From: Phaeosaccion multiseriatum
Lineage: Eukaryota; Protista; Ochrophyta, other classes
Assembly (NCBI GenBank): GCA_965112735.1
Contig: OZ218956.1
Coordinates: 3,596,001 to 3,660,000 of the forward strand
Length of the DNA stretch: 64,000 nt
Reading direction: 5' to 3'
Position numbers and translations under genes: made by a program. The notes below the pieces were generated by a model, which was given only the letters and a program-made list of their open reading frames with translations, was not told the origin of the DNA and made no database searches. Below, piece after piece: positions 27,081-40,280 of this stretch (positions are counted from its first letter, which is position 1; each line of letters starts with the position of its first letter).

Positions 27081-27352
27081 GGAGCATGGGGAGGAAGGAG
27101 GAGGAGGAGGAGGAGGAGGAGGAGGAGGAGGAGGAGGAGAAGGAGGAGGAGGTGGGGAAGGAGGAGGGGAAGGAGGGAGGATGGGGTACCGAAACGCATC
27201 CAACAATATCGTGTGTCAGTGTGCGTATTCTCCATCCGAGAGATGCCTCTTACAGGCAATCGCAACAAAGATATGTCCACGCCCCTGTGAAGTCACTACC
27301 TACGATTCGTGTTATCCTCCTCTACAATGCCAATAAGGAAGCCATACTGTTA

Positions 27353-30211
27353 CTACTCTGTGTGGAAAATCACGCGGCCCTCATTGGTCTCATGCCCCAC
27401 GGCGTGGAGTCCGAGCTCTTCGTTGAGGTACGCCAGCACCGCAGGCTTGAGCACGCTGATACCGTCCACGCTGCCGCGGCCTCGCCCCGTGATGACCGTC
27501 ATCCGGCCCTTCACATTCTCCACCTGGAGAGCGTAGCGAAGGGCGGCCTTGCCGGTCCACTCCGAGTGCTGGTGCAAGTCCATAATCTTCCCTTCGCTGC
27601 CCCTCTTCCAATGTGACATTATGCCCTTTGTGATGGCCTCTGCGTACAAGCCGTCAGCCAAGCGCCATTGCTCGTGCACGGACAGGACGTCGATAGCGGC
27701 AGCGTAGGTTACTACATTGGGTTTGACGCGCTCTGTGCGCATCTCCTTAAACAAGGCAAGCGCCTTGCTGAGCTGCCCTGCCTTGGCACAAGCAGAAATC
27801 GCGGAGCTGTATGAGAATTCATTGGGCTGCAGTCCTTCCCTCCGCATCTCCTCTAGCAAGTCCAGCGCCTTCTCGTGGTCTCCTGCATTGCCACACGCAG
27901 TAATCGCAGAGCTGTACGTGATGACATCGGGTTGAACCCCCTTCGTCCCCATCTCCTCCAGCAAGTCCAGCGCCTTCTCGTGCTTTCCTGCCTTGGCACA
28001 AGCAGCAATTGCAGAGCTGTACGTGATTTCATTGGGCTGAAGACCCTCCCTCCGCATCTCCTCCAGCAAGGCTAGTGCCTTCTCGTGCTCTCCTGCATTG
28101 CCACACGCATCAATCGCAGAGCTGTACGTGATTTCATTGGGCTGAAGACCCTCCCTCCGCATCTCCTCCAGCAAGTCAAGCGCCTTCTCGTGCTCTCCTG
28201 CGTTGCCACACGCATCAATCGCACAAGTGTACGTCGTGACATCGGGTTTAAGCCCTTCCTCTCGCATCTCCTCCAGCAAGTCCAGCGCCCTCTCGTGCTC
28301 TCCTCCATTGCCACAAGCGCTTATCGCAGAGTTGTACGAGATTTCACTGGGCTGAAGACCTGTCTCTCGCAGCTCCTCCAGCAAGGCAAGCGCCTTCTCG
28401 TGCTCTCCCGCCTTGCCACACGCGGTAATCGCAGAGTTGTACGTGATTTCATTGGGCTGAAGCCCATCCTCTCGCATCTCCTCCAGCAAGGCTAGTGCCT
28501 TCTCGTGCTCTCCTACATAGGCACACGCATCAATCGCAGAGTTGTACGTAATGACATTGGGCTGAAGGCCTTCCCTCTGCATCTCCTCCAGCAAGGCAAG
28601 CGCCTTCTCGTGCTCTCCTGCATTGCCACAAGCGTAAATCGCAGAGTTGTAGGTAATTTCATTGGGGTCAAGCCCTTCCCTCCGCATTTCCTCCAGCAGG
28701 TCCAGCGCCTTCTCGTGCTCTCCTGCCTTCCCACAAGCATCAATCGCAGAGGAGTATGTGATGACATCTGGTGGAACCCCTTCCCTCCGCATCTCCTTCA
28801 CCCAATCCAGTGCCTTCTCGTGCTCTCCTGCCTTGGCACAAGCCGAAATCGCAGAGCTGTACGTTCTTCTCTGCGGTTGAAGCCCTCTCCTTCGCATCTC
28901 CTCCAGCAAGTCAATCACCTTCACGTACTCTCCTGCCTTCCCACAAGCATCCATCGCAGAGCAGTACGTGATGGCATCGGGTTGAGGTCCTTCCCTCTGC
29001 ATCTGCTTCAGAAATTCAAGCGCCCTCTCGTGCTCTCCTGCATTGCCACAAGCACTAATCACAGAGCTGTACGTGATGACATTAGGCTGAAGCCTTTCCC
29101 TCCGCATCTCCTCCAGCAAGGCCAGCGCCTTCTCGTATTGTCCTGCCTTGCCACAAGCATCAATCGCAGAGCCGTACGAGATTGCATTGGGTTGAAGCCC
29201 TTCCCCTCGCATCTCCTCCAGCAAGTCCAGCGCCCTCTCGTGCTCTCCTCCATTGCCACAAGCGCTTATCGCAGAGTTGTACGAGATTTCATTGGGCTGA
29301 AGACCTTTCTCGCGCATCTCCCTCAGCAAGTCCAGCGCCTCCTCGTACTTTCCTGCCTTGCCACACGCGTTAATCGCAGAGTTGTACGAGATTTCATTGG
29401 GCTGAAAATTTCCCTCTCGCATCTCCTCCAGCAAGTCAAGCGCCTTCTCGTACTGCCCTACGTTGCCACAAGCAGAAATTGCAGAAGTGTACGATCTTTC
29501 ATTCGGCGGAATGCCTTCCCTCCGCATCTCCTCCAGCAAGTCAAGCGCCTTCCCGGGCTCTCCTGCCTTCCCACAAGCATCAATCGCAGAGCTGTACGTG
29601 ATGACATCGGGTTGAATGCCTCCCCTCTGCATATCCCTCAGCAAGTCCAGTGCCTTCTCGTGCTCTCCTGCCTTGGCACAAGCAGTAATCGCAGAGTTAT
29701 ACGTGAACGTATTTGGCTGAATCCCTGCCCCTCGCATCTCCTCCAGTAGAGCAAGAGCCCCCCTCCATCGCCCAGCTTTACCCACCGCGGTTATGGAAGA
29801 GGTATACAAAATTACGTTCATCAGCCCCGCTGCTTTTGCCTCCTCAATCACTCTCGCGACCCCCCTCCAGTCGCGTGTTGTTCCAAGCCTCTGGATCTCT
29901 TTGTTCAACGATATCTGCAGTCCTCGTTCGTTTTGCGGTCCTCCCATACTAAGATTTCCCCTGCTTACAAGGAGGCGGACCGAGTGAGTGGCTGATCGTC
30001 GCTCAACAGGCACAGTTGTGGGGAAGGAGCTGCGTTTTCCGACAGGAGTGTGCATGGGAGCAGAGAGCCATCTTCCCAACGAGCATGTGAAAGCAGCAGC
30101 GCCACCATCACCTCCCACCCATCCCCCCCCTCTTTCTCCTCCTACTGCTGCTGAAATTCCCGCTATCCCCTTCATTACACAGCCAAAAAAAGGTGCTTCA
30201 GGCTTCACCAC
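27353..30211 (-). CDS. P-type pentatricopeptide repeat protein (~21 repeats) with C-terminal SMR domain; true start uncertain
   Basis: 35-aa repeats (VITYSSAIDACGKAGEHEKALDLLEEMRREGLQPN). C-terminal MDLH...VITGRG SMR motif. Confidence 0.95.
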   Translation of the reverse strand: MVKPEAPFFGCVMKGIAGISAAVGGERGGGWVGGDGGAAAFTCSLGRWLSAPMHTPVGKRSSFPTTVPVERRSATHSVRLLVSRGNLSMGGPQNERGLQISLNKEIQRLGTTRDWRGVARVIEEAKAAGLMNVILYTSSITAVGKAGRWRGALALLEEMRGAGIQPNTFTYNSAITACAKAGEHEKALDLLRDMQRGGIQPDVITYSSAIDACGKAGEPGKALDLLEEMRREGIPPNERSYTSAISACGNVGQYEKALDLLEEMREGNFQPNEISYNSAINACGKAGKYEEALDLLREMREKGLQPNEISYNSAISACGNGGEHERALDLLEEMRGEGLQPNAISYGSAIDACGKAGQYEKALALLEEMRRERLQPNVITYSSVISACGNAGEHERALEFLKQMQREGPQPDAITYCSAMDACGKAGEYVKVIDLLEEMRRRGLQPQRRTYSSAISACAKAGEHEKALDWVKEMRREGVPPDVITYSSAIDACGKAGEHEKALDLLEEMRREGLDPNEITYNSAIYACGNAGEHEKALALLEEMQREGLQPNVITYNSAIDACAYVGEHEKALALLEEMREDGLQPNEITYNSAITACGKAGEHEKALALLEELRETGLQPSEISYNSAISACGNGGEHERALDLLEEMREEGLKPDVTTYTCAIDACGNAGEHEKALDLLEEMRREGLQPNEITYSSAIDACGNAGEHEKALALLEEMRREGLQPNEITYSSAIAACAKAGKHEKALDLLEEMGTKGVQPDVITYSSAITACGNAGDHEKALDLLEEMRREGLQPNEFSYSSAISACAKAGQLSKALALFKEMRTERVKPNVVTYAAAIDVLSVHEQWRLADGLYAEAITKGIMSHWKRGSEGKIMDLHQHSEWTGKAALRYALQVENVKGRMTVITGRGRGSVDGISVLKPAVLAYLNEELGLHAVGHETNEGRVIFHTE

Positions 30212-30493
30212 GTAGTGGGTGCTTCTCCCGTTGGTCCTCCACGTCGTCGCCAGAACGGGACCCCCATGCCCCCTCCGATGAACGGCAGACGCAATTTATT
30301 TCTGGCACTCAACAAAAAGAGAAAATGCCTCGCAATCAGGAGGAGGAAGGCAAGTCTGCATCCACACACCCGCCTCGCTACGTGCGGCTCTCGGGGAAAG
30401 CGCGCCAATCAGTGCTGCCGCAAACTCAGGTAGAACTGAAAAGCGGAGTAAGGAGGGGAGAGAGAGGAGGAGGAGAAGGGAAAGAGAGAGAGA

Positions 30494-30535
<42 letters not shown>

Positions 30536-31194
30536 ATCAGCTGGTTATGTCCTCGGGAGCATCTACAGAACTGCTGCTGCATGGCTAGACTTACATCCCT
30601 CCCTCACCCTTCTCCCTTCCTTTCCATTCTCAATTTTCCAGGTCCGACTAGCAAAGAACCACACCCCGGAGGACGGCTTTCTATTACAGTGGAGCTCATC
30701 CTCCTGGTATGCTGCTGCTCTTTACGCAGAGGATGGAGTCGTGTCGAAGGCCAAAGACAAGGTGAGGAAGGGGACCTCTGTGTTGCCAGGCTTTCACGAC
30801 CCCCACCCCCCCCACATCAGCTTCAGACGAAGCTTCTACGGATGTTTCCCTGTATTTTAAGCCTGTTCTCCATGTTCCATCTTCTTTCCCCTCCTTCTCA
30901 ATGTATTTCCTTCTGGAGCAGCATTCACCCCCCCCCCCCTCTCCCTGATTGGCTTAAGCTCGACCTGCCGTTTCCCTCCTCCTCCTCCTCCTCCTCCTCC
31001 TCCTCCTCCTCCTCCTCCTCCTCCTCCTCCTCCTCCTCCTCCTCCTCCTCCTCCCTCCTCCTTCCTCCTCCTCCTCCTTCCTCCTCCTTCCTCCTCCTCC
31101 TCCTCCTCCTCCTCCCCCTCCTCCTCCTCCTCCTCCTCCTCCTCCTCCTCCCCCTCCTCTTCTTGCTTCCTTCCTCTCTTACCCCCCCCAACAG

Positions 31195-32442
31195 GAGGTA
31201 CTTCTCCGCATGGAAGTGTTTGACGTGACCGAGTCCGAAGCTTCTCCCGTCCTCATCAGCCTCAACGAGCAGAAGAAGATCATGACTGTGCAGGTACGAC
31301 CCAGCGAACTCTGCTGTCTTTTCTCTACTGCCTTTTCTACTTCTCTGCTGCTGTACTCTTCTCTGCTCTGGCCTCCGTTCTGTTAGTCTCCTCTCCTCTG
31401 CTCTGCTCCCTGCCGCTATATGCTCCTCTCCTTTGCCCCTTCTGCCCCGCTCTCCTCTGTCCCACATTACTCTGCTCTGCTTTACCCATGTTCCTCTCCT
31501 CTGCCATGCCCGTATTCCTCTTCTCTGCTCTGCGGCTAGCATGTGAGGGCCTAAGCGAAGGTCTTCGCAGGCCTCCCTCCCTCCTCTATAAGGCCTCTCC
31601 ATATGCCTCTAATCTCCCCCTCCTTCCCCCCCCCCCCCGCCCCCTCCCTACCCGGACCATACGCCACTTGATATCTCCTCCTCTTCTTCCTCCCCCTCCT
31701 CCTCCTCGTCCTCCTCCTCCTCCTCTTCTTCTTCTTCTTCTTCTTCTTCTTCTTCTTCTTCTTCTTCTTCTTCTTCTTCTTCTTCTTCTCTTCTTCTTCT
31801 TCTTCTTCTTCTTCTTCTTCTTCTTCTTCTTCTTCTTCTTCTTCTTCTTCTTCTTCTTCTTCTTCTTCTTCTTCCTCTTCCTCCTCCTCCACCACCACCA
31901 TCTCCTCCACCACCTTCTCCTCCTCCTCCCGGCCTTTGGTTGCCTTCTTTACGTCTCAGTACTACTTCTTCGCTGAGCCTATCTTCACCCACCCCGGCAA
32001 GTACCTTCTTCGCTTCTCTGCAGAAAGCAAAAAGTACCCCGACATCGCGGAGTATCGAGTCAGCGTCACTGTCTCGGACCACAAGGGGAATGTGCCCACC
32101 AGCAGGACACAGCAAGGGGTGGCAGCAGACGTTGGTGGGCGCCAGGCAAAGACGGAGGGGAAGAAGAAGGGGGCCTCCTCTGCCTCCTCCGACGAAACGC
32201 ATGTAACGCCTGGAACGTCGGCAGCAGCGCCCACCACGACGAGCAAGAAGCGGAAGCGGGACCGGGGTGGCGAGGAGGAGAGAAGGAAGCAAAAGGAAGG
32301 TGGTGACGTGGCGGGGACAGGAGATGCCAGCGAGGAGGCCGAGGCTGCGACACACGACGCGCCTATGGTAGCAGGAGCAGCAGGAGCAGAGGCAGGGCCG
32401 TCGACAGGGAAGAAGAGGAGAGGTCGTCCGCCCACTGCGAAG

Positions 32443-32474
<32 letters not shown>

Positions 32475-34134
32475 GGACCAGGAGGAGGAGGAGGAGGAGA
32501 AGGAGAAGGAGGAGGAGGGCCACACTCCGACACCGACACAACCGAAGACGCCCAAAACGCCTTATGTGAAGAACAGCCACAAGAAGGGGATGAGTCACAA
32601 GAAGAAAGTTCCCGGCCCTAGTCACAAGAAGAAAGTTCCTGCCCCTGTCGTGGAGGGCGCGATGGACAAATTCGTCCTCAAGAGGTCAGGGGCACGCAGC
32701 GAAGCGGAGGAGCAAGGGGTAGGGACTGCTGCGGCGGCGGCGGCGGCTGCTGCTGCTGCTGGTGGTGGTGGTGCTGGTGGATCTGAGGGTATGTCTACTC
32801 CGGCGGGTGGGAGAGGAGGCGCCGGCGGGAGGAAGGCAAAGCGGGGAAGCAGCGCTTTGGCTTCGGACATGGTTGAGGGCTCTGCAGTCGTGCCTCCGAG
32901 TCCGGCTAAGAGGAGCCACAAGAAGAAGCAGCCGGAGCAGTTGGTCGTACAGCCGAAGAGGAGCCACAAGAAGAAGCAGCCGGAGCAGTTGGTCGTACAG
33001 CCGAAGAAGAGCCACAAGAAGAAGCAGCCGGAGCAGTTGGTCGTACAGCCGAAGAAGAGCCACAAGAAGAAGGTCCGCCCCGCGGAGGAGGAGGTGTACG
33101 TGGACGTGAACGAGAAGAAGGAAGAAGAAGAAGGAGGAGGGGGAAGGAGGAAGCGCAAGAGGGGGGGAGACGACGAGGAGAAGGCAAACTCAAACTTAGT
33201 AGCGGGTGCAGGGAACGGGGGCGGAAGCGCCAGTGCTGCTGATGCTTCTGCATCTGCTGCCGTTGTCACCGGCGGGCGAGGGCGGGATAGCGGGAGGCGT
33301 GGTCGAGCCGCAGCTGCAGCAGCAGCAGTAATAGTAGAGACGGAGGGGGTGGGCGGAGCAGGTGCAAGCCCATTAAAGACGCCCAAGGCAAGATCCCACA
33401 AAGCGGGTGCCGGTCGGAGCGCCGCTCGGAGTCGGAGCAACGTGAAGGAGGAGTCGGTGGTGGTGCCGGTGTACGAACCTCCCTCCACTACGGTTATCCT
33501 TTCCTCGGCGGGCGAGTACCGGGTGACTCTCTCCCCCTCTCTCATGAGCACTCTGCTGCGGGACTGGGAGGCAGTGACCAAGGAGGGGTTGCTTGTGAAC
33601 CTGCCTCGTACGGAGAACCACACGGTGCGGGACATTCTCGTGGCGTTTCAGAAAACGCTGCAGTCCAAGGACTCCACAGGGAGAAGGGCCATCGACCTCC
33701 TCCTCGCCTCCTTCGATGGGCTGCTGGGACACGCACTTCTCTACCAGGAGGAGAAGGCGCAATTCAAGCAACTTGTGACCAGGCACCCTCACTCTTTGCC
33801 CAGCGACCTGTACGGCCCCGAACACTTGGTCCGACTGCTTATGGCCCTCCCTCGTCTGCTGCTGCCCATTCAGCAAGTCAAGGCCTCATTGAAGGCAGCA
33901 TCCGTGCAGGCCGCTTTACAGGAGGGGCGGAGCGGTGTCTCCTCGGCCTCGGGGGGTGGGGGCAAGCTTCCGGCCACTTGCACGGGTACGTATGGAGCCA
34001 AATTGGCGGCCGTGGTGGACAAGTTGGTGCTCTATCTGACCAACAGACCGGAGCTGCTGGAGCACCACTTCAGCAAGGGAGGTGCAGCCCCTGTTGCGGG
34101 GGGGGGGGGCACAAGCAGCAGGCGCGCGAGGTAG
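31195..34134 (+). CDS. MRG-domain chromatin protein (Eaf3/MRG15-like C-terminus); 5' exons uncertain (possibly from ~30640)
   Basis: LLRDWEAVT..LVNLP..TVRDIL..F..LLG.ALLY.EE..Q..PSDLYGPEHLVRL matches the MRG domain. Lys-rich repeats lie upstream. Confidence 0.85.
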
Positions 34135-34430
34135 AGCGGAGAGGGAGAGGAGCAGCAGTTGGTGATACAGCAGTTGGTGATACAGCAGACAGGGAAGAGC
34201 AGGGTATTTCTTGGTGCAGGCGAGGAGGGGGAGAGCCCAGAGAGAAGAGGTATGGGCACAGAAGGACAGCGGAGAGCAGAGAGCAGAGAGGGGATGAGAA
34301 CGAAAGGCTTGGGTGTGCGCGTGGGTGCGTCTTGTGTGTGTCGGGAGGGGGGTGGGGCTGCCTTTGTCGCTGTTTTGGGCCCGCTCCTCACTCCTCACGA
34401 TATGCACGATAAGGGGTGACGCGGCTTTCC

Positions 34431-34462
<32 letters not shown>

Positions 34463-34956
34463 TTGCTGTCTCGATTTTAATTAAAACTGATAAAACTACA
34501 TCCCCCCTCGCCTGTTTCTGTCACTGAACTCCTGGTCTTGAAATCGTACAGTACGAAGCGACATCAAGGTCAATAAACTGGAGCCCAAACTGGAGCCCAC
34601 ACGCCCATCTCCGCCCCCCCACCCTCCCCTCCCTCCCTCCCAGCCACCAGTTTCTAATTTCTCACGCAGAATCTTTCGTTGGTCTCTATATTCTATATCG
34701 GTATCTTACGTCAGCCTCTAATTTGTGAATCAAGATCTAGTCGTCTTCGGTCTCCCCCAGCCCCCTCCCCCCCCCAACACACACACACACACACACACAC
34801 ACTGTACATGTACTAGCTGGTCGTAGCGGGCAGCAAGCAAGAGATTGCCGCACCACCGCACCACCAACCAACCAACCCAGCCCCAGCTTCCTTCCAACAG
34901 GTAGGTCCTGAATCACCACCTCTGTGACCACCTCTTTGTATGACGAACTGCTCTCC

Positions 34957-37655
34957 TTAGACGGGCGTGAGCTCTGGCCACCTCTGATTGAGCTCCTCCT
35001 TCTCCAGGCTGTCGTTGGGGCTCGCCGGAGTCCACAGCACCTAACGATCAGTCAGTCGGTCAGTCGGTCAGTCAGTCAGTCAGTAGGTTTAGTGAGCAGA
35101 ATGCCATATCTTCTCAGGGCGAGTGAAGGAGAAGAAAAACCGTACCCCGACCGCCTGGTCTTGACCTCCTTACCTACGGCCTCAAAACACACCGTCACCC
35201 ACACGCACACGCACACACACACACACACGCACACACATGCACACACCCCTACTTACCTCGACAGCCTGCAGATTGACGCCCTTCCCCACGCTTGCCTCTC
35301 CGCTGAGCCAAGATAGGAATTCCTTCACGTCCTCGCTGCTCTGAATGGCGGGAGGGGGGAGCTTTCTGATCTTCCTCTTGCTCTTGAGGGAGGCAGGGAC
35401 GGCCCCCCAGCGGGACCACAGCACGTACAGGGAGAGCACCGCGATGGTCGGCATCGTGTTGGATCCGCGCTTGCCTGAGGAGGAAGAGGAGAAGGAGGAG
35501 GAGGAGGAGGAGGAGAAGAGCCATATGATGAAGAGATCCGGTGTGTAAGCCAGCAAGAAAAAGGAAGGGCAGAAGGGCTGTATCACCAAGTGCTCTGCCT
35601 CGCGCCACACACACACTTACACATACCTTTGATGGGCAGCCTGGTGACATTTCCGTCTGCGTCAGCGGTGACGGTCTCTTCCTGCCACTTACTCCTCTCG
35701 GAAACCACCTGCCGTGCAGCAGCAAGGGGACGGAGCAAACCAGCCATCAGTCAGTCAGTAAGTCAGTCAGTCAGACAGTTAGTCAGAAAGACGTCTCAGC
35801 CAGTCAGACAGCCATTCAGCTAGTCAGCCTCTTCACCTCCATCCACTGCCATCCCCCCCTCCCCTAACCAACCTTCTGTGCAAAGCGTGCATCTCCCTTC
35901 ATCATGGCGCCCTGCTTGCCCTTGCCGTGGACCACGTCGAAGCTTCCCCTGGAGGACACCCAATCCGACTCGAACCTTTGGTATAGGGACCCAAGCAGGG
36001 GTAGGCACCCAAGGCAGGGTGAGTACGCACGGGAGGGTGTGGGACAGTTAAAGTCGTACGGCCGTACAGAAGAGGGAAGGAGAAAGGAGGGTGGAAGGAG
36101 GGAGAGAGGGGAGAAAAGGGGGGAGTGCGGGAGTGAGTGGAGTGCGTTGGCTTGTTCCTTCATTCGTTCGTTCGATTGATCGCTCATTCGTCGTTCGTTC
36201 CTGAATAAGTGCACGAGCCGATGAGGTACCTCTTGTACCTAAACCTATACCTTATACCTAAACCTCCTGCCGTACCGTACCCACCTCAGTCCAACGAGAC
36301 ACGCCGCCTCCAGTAACTTGGCCAGTCCCTTCGGACTGCTCACGTCGGCGGTGCCTGCCAGCTCGTCCAGCTGGGTCAGCACGTTGGGCCCCCTGGGGAA
36401 TGGGGAATGGGTAGGTAAGGGGGTACGTAAGGCAATGACTCTGATTGAATGAGCAAGGACGAAGGATGGAGGGACTGGTGGTGTACATTCGCATTCGCCA
36501 CTCACTCACTCACTCACTCACTCACTCACTCACTCACCCCGATTCTCTGTCGCAGTAGAATGCGATTTGCAGCTCCGAAACGGCGGCCTTCCTGTTTCCC
36601 TTGGCCAAGTTGGTGAGCGTCTCCCGCATGGGCAGCAGGAACACCCCCATCACGGCCAGCTGCACGCCTATCTGAATCAAGGCCCCCAGCGGCGACTTCT
36701 GGATCTCTGCCTGCCTTACAGCGTGTTCCCCTCCCGAGATGTCCTCGAAGAGTCCTCTGTGCCTGGAGCTTCCCGAGGCCGCTCCTATACGATGGCTGCT
36801 TCCCCTCCGGCGGTCGCTGGAGCGGGCGGAGCTCCTTCTATTGCTATGGCTGCCGAACAGCCCCCCCCCGCTGTTGTACTCTGCCGTCTGCCGGCTGCTG
36901 ATACTCCTCTCCACGGTGGTGGTGGTGGGTTCAGTGCGGTTGATGCCACTGATGCGCCCCCCCGATCCCACCGCCCACACAGACAGCGGGGACGAGACGA
37001 GCACCAGAGTAGCAGCAGCGATTGCAGTGGCGACGTTGGAGTTGAGCATTCGGTACCACACTCGAGGAGAATGCAGCAGCCTGCTCAGCATTGGGTGTCT
37101 GCCTCCCATGCTCGCGTGGTGGTCGCTCGGCGTCTCCTCCTCCTCATTGCTGTGTTGGACCTGATTCTCCCCAAACACAGAGGCAAAGGCCGCGTCAATA
37201 CCAGCAGCCCCGTCTCCTCCCTCCATCGCCGCTGCCGTGGTGGCGTGGGCCGCGTTGACTGATGCCACAGCGTCTGCAGGGGGAGTCGTCTTACCCCGCC
37301 TGCTGCGCCTGCGTCCCCAGCTCCGCACCCAAGGCGACAGAGTTGGGCCTTCTGTCGACCCATGCTCATGCCCCAGCCATATCCGCGCTGCTCTGCTGCC
37401 CCTCGCATTGCCCTTGCTGCTGCTGCTGCTGCTGCTGCTCCCCAAGCGACTCGTAGCAAGAGATGGTGGGCCCTTCAACCCCCTCCCATTCGCAGGAACA
37501 GTTCTCGTGGACACACCCGCATTCGTTGCTACCCTTGAGGACAAGGGATTGATCAGCAGCCCTTGCGCCTCCGGCAAGAGCAGATGCAGCGGAAGCAAGA
37601 TCAGCAGCGCCCTGCGACTACGCGCTCCACCGGAAGCCCCCGCGTGTGTCCCCAT
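34957..37655 (-). CDS. DUF1517/FLAP1-like protein, paralog 1, multi-exon
   Basis: GSGGRISG, VSELQIAF, LDELAGTADVSSPKGLAKLLE, ERSKW and AVE|VLWTP...D.LEKEEL...WPEL* match DUF1517. Signal-like N-terminus. Confidence 0.82.
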
Positions 37656-37970
37656 GCGGGTCCGCCCCGTTCCTTCTATCTTCTCCTCCCTCTTCTTTCT
37701 CGTGTTCTCTCCTGCCTTTGCTGCTAGCACGATTGCACTTTCCGCGTCCCCCCCTAGCGTATGGCGAGCTCAATGGCAAAGATTTGCTGCACTCTGCTCT
37801 TTTTCGTTTGGCTCTGCAAAGAGCTACACGTTGTGTCATGTCGTCGCGCTCGAGCAACGTTCCACAGATTCGTATGCCCAACACGGGAAGCAGCTCCCAC
37901 CTCATGATCGATCACATCAATCTCGCTCTCCCCTGTTGCTGCTAACTTGCGCGGTGTGTACGCCGAGAAG

Positions 37971-39476
37971 ATGGCGGCTTTAGATATGGTGGGCGTCCCA
38001 ATCATCTCTCGGGTCATCTCTCAGAGCCTCATGCTGGACATGGACGGCGTGCTGGCCGAGGTTGCTGGCTCCTACCGCATGTCCATCATCCAGACGGCCG
38101 CCCACTGGGGAGTGACCGTCACGGAGGAGGATATCTCCAAGGCCAAGATGGCGGGGAACTCCAACAACGACTGGGTCCTTACGCAGAGACTGCTGCAAGA
38201 GGCCGGGCAACAAGTGAGTCTGGACAAGGTGACGGCCAAGTTCGAGGAGATTTATCAGGGCACTGCGGGCACCCCGGGGTTGTGCGAGCTGGAGACGCTC
38301 ATCCCCGCCAAGGGCGTGCTGGAGGAGCTGCTGCGGCGCCTCCCTAAGGGCATGGCCATCGTGACGGGGCGGCCACGCAAGGACTGCCACAAGTTCCTGG
38401 AGACGCACGGCATCTCCCACCTCTTTGCGGCATGCGTGTGCATGGAAGACGGACCGCCCAAGCCCGACCCCTTTGCGGTGGTCCGGGCGGCGGAGCTGCT
38501 GGGAGTGGACCCCGAGGACGCCGTCTTGGTGGGGGACACGCCCGACGATATTGTTGCAGCCGTGGCGGCAGGGGGGAGGGGGGTTGGCGTGCTGACGGTT
38601 CCCGATCAAGCCAAGGCCTGGCTCGACCCCAATCGAAAGAACGGCTTGGTGGAGGCGATGGTCCAGGCGGGGGCGATGGCAATTTACCCTCCGGGCTTGG
38701 CGCAGCTGCTGGACCTTGTGCCCCCCGTTAGCGTGTCTGAGCTTCCGAATGGCAAGGCCAAGGCCAAGGCCAGTTCAGGCCCTCCTGGCGTTGCTGCTGC
38801 TATCGTAGGGGGGGTTGGAAATGGAGGTGGAAGCGGAAATCCACCCCCCCCCCCCGGATCGTCATCATCATCATCATCGAGCTTCTTGGGCAAGAGGACT
38901 GCCCACATAGAGCGTGTCACCAAAGAGACGTCCATTGCCGTTGACATTGACCTGGACGGGGGAGGAGACGCCGACATCTCCACAGGGCTGGGTTTCCTCG
39001 ACCACATGTTTCACGCCCTGGCCAAACACAGTCGCATGAACATCTCCCTCAAGTGCAAAGGAGACCTCCACATCGACGACCACCACACCTCCGAAGACTG
39101 TGCTTTGGCGCTGGGTGAGGCCTTCGACAAGGCACTGGGGGATCGCAAAGGCATCCGACGCTTCGGCACGGCACTCGTTCCTTTGGACGAAGCCCTCAGC
39201 AGGGCCGTTGTGGACATCTCCTCGCGGCCGCACTCGGAGGTGGACCTGTGTCTCAAGAGGGACATGGTGGGCACCATCAGCAGCGAGATGCTCGTGCACG
39301 TGTTGGAATCGTTTGCTCAGGCGGCAAGGCTCACCCTGCATGTCGATGTGCTTCGAGGCTCCAACGACCACCACAAGTCGGAGAGCGCCTTCAAGGCAAC
39401 GGCAGTGGCCATTCGCACTGCCATTTCGGCCGATGAAACGGCGGGTGTGCCCTCCACCAAGGGAGTTCTCGCCTAG
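37971..39476 (+). CDS. hisB: Bifunctional HAD phosphatase / imidazoleglycerol-phosphate dehydratase (HisB-like), intronless
   Basis: HAD motifs [27 protein letters not shown] motifs [43 protein letters not shown]. Confidence 0.95.
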   Translation: MAALDMVGVPIISRVISQSLMLDMDGVLAEVAGSYRMSIIQTAAHWGVTVTEEDISKAKMAGNSNNDWVLTQRLLQEAGQQVSLDKVTAKFEEIYQGTAGTPGLCELETLIPAKGVLEELLRRLPKGMAIVTGRPRKDCHKFLETHGISHLFAACVCMEDGPPKPDPFAVVRAAELLGVDPEDAVLVGDTPDDIVAAVAAGGRGVGVLTVPDQAKAWLDPNRKNGLVEAMVQAGAMAIYPPGLAQLLDLVPPVSVSELPNGKAKAKASSGPPGVAAAIVGGVGNGGGSGNPPPPPGSSSSSSSSFLGKRTAHIERVTKETSIAVDIDLDGGGDADISTGLGFLDHMFHALAKHSRMNISLKCKGDLHIDDHHTSEDCALALGEAFDKALGDRKGIRRFGTALVPLDEALSRAVVDISSRPHSEVDLCLKRDMVGTISSEMLVHVLESFAQAARLTLHVDVLRGSNDHHKSESAFKATAVAIRTAISADETAGVPSTKGVLA

Positions 39477-39794
39477 GTGGGGCACAGGGTGTGTGGTTTT
39501 GGACTGCAATAGCTCCCGCCTGAGTGAGGTGAATGATGAGTAGACTGGCTTGACTTGACTCCCTCCCACATGGATCGGAGCGGCAGCAGGCGGGAGAGAC
39601 TGGCGGCAGCGCGCTCAGTCAGTCAGTCAGTCGCCGAGGAGAGAGGAGAGAGGAGAGGGGTTGTGAATAGTATCGTGGTATTTGGTAATTTGCTCAGCCT
39701 TGAGTTGCTCTCGACGTCTGCGCAGATGCCCCCACGCTCGCCACTAGAGACCAACCCCCCGGGAGACGGGTGAGGCTCTGTCCCCCACCCAAGG

Positions 39795-40100
39795 CGGATG
39801 GTGGCTGATGGTTGTGGATGGTGGCTGATGACTGATGGCTGATGGATGGTGGCTGATAGCTGATGGATGGTGGCTGATGGCTGATGGATGGTGGCGGATG
39901 GCTGATGGATGGTGGCTGATGGCTGATGGATGGTGGCTGATAGCTGATGGATGGTGGCTGATAGCTGATGGATGGTGGCTGATAGCTGATGGATGGTGGC
40001 TGATGGCTGATGGATGGTGGCTGATAGCTGATGGATGGTGGCGGATGGCTGATGGATGGTGGCTGATAGCTGATGGATGGTGGCGGATGGCGGATGGCTG
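39795..40100. repeat. 21-bp minisatellite (gatggatggtggctgatagct)n
   Basis: Directly visible, about 14 units. Confidence 0.95.
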
Positions 40101-40130
40101 ATTGCTGGAGGACGGCCACGTGTACCCTGG

Positions 40131-40280
40131 CACTCCTCAGCACTCCTCAGCACTCCTCAGCACTCCTCAGCACTCCTCAGCACTCCTCAGCACTCCTCAG
40201 CACTCCTCAGCACTCCTCAGCACTCCTCAGCACTCCTCAGCACTCCTCAGCACTCCTCAGCTCTCCTCAGCACTCCTCAG
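40131..40280. repeat. 10-bp tandem repeat (cactcctcag)n
   Basis: 15 near-perfect units. Confidence 0.95.

Noticed and set aside
28085-29749. Long plus-strand ORFs opposite the PPR gene
   Set aside because: Antisense shadows of the repetitive PPR coding sequence.
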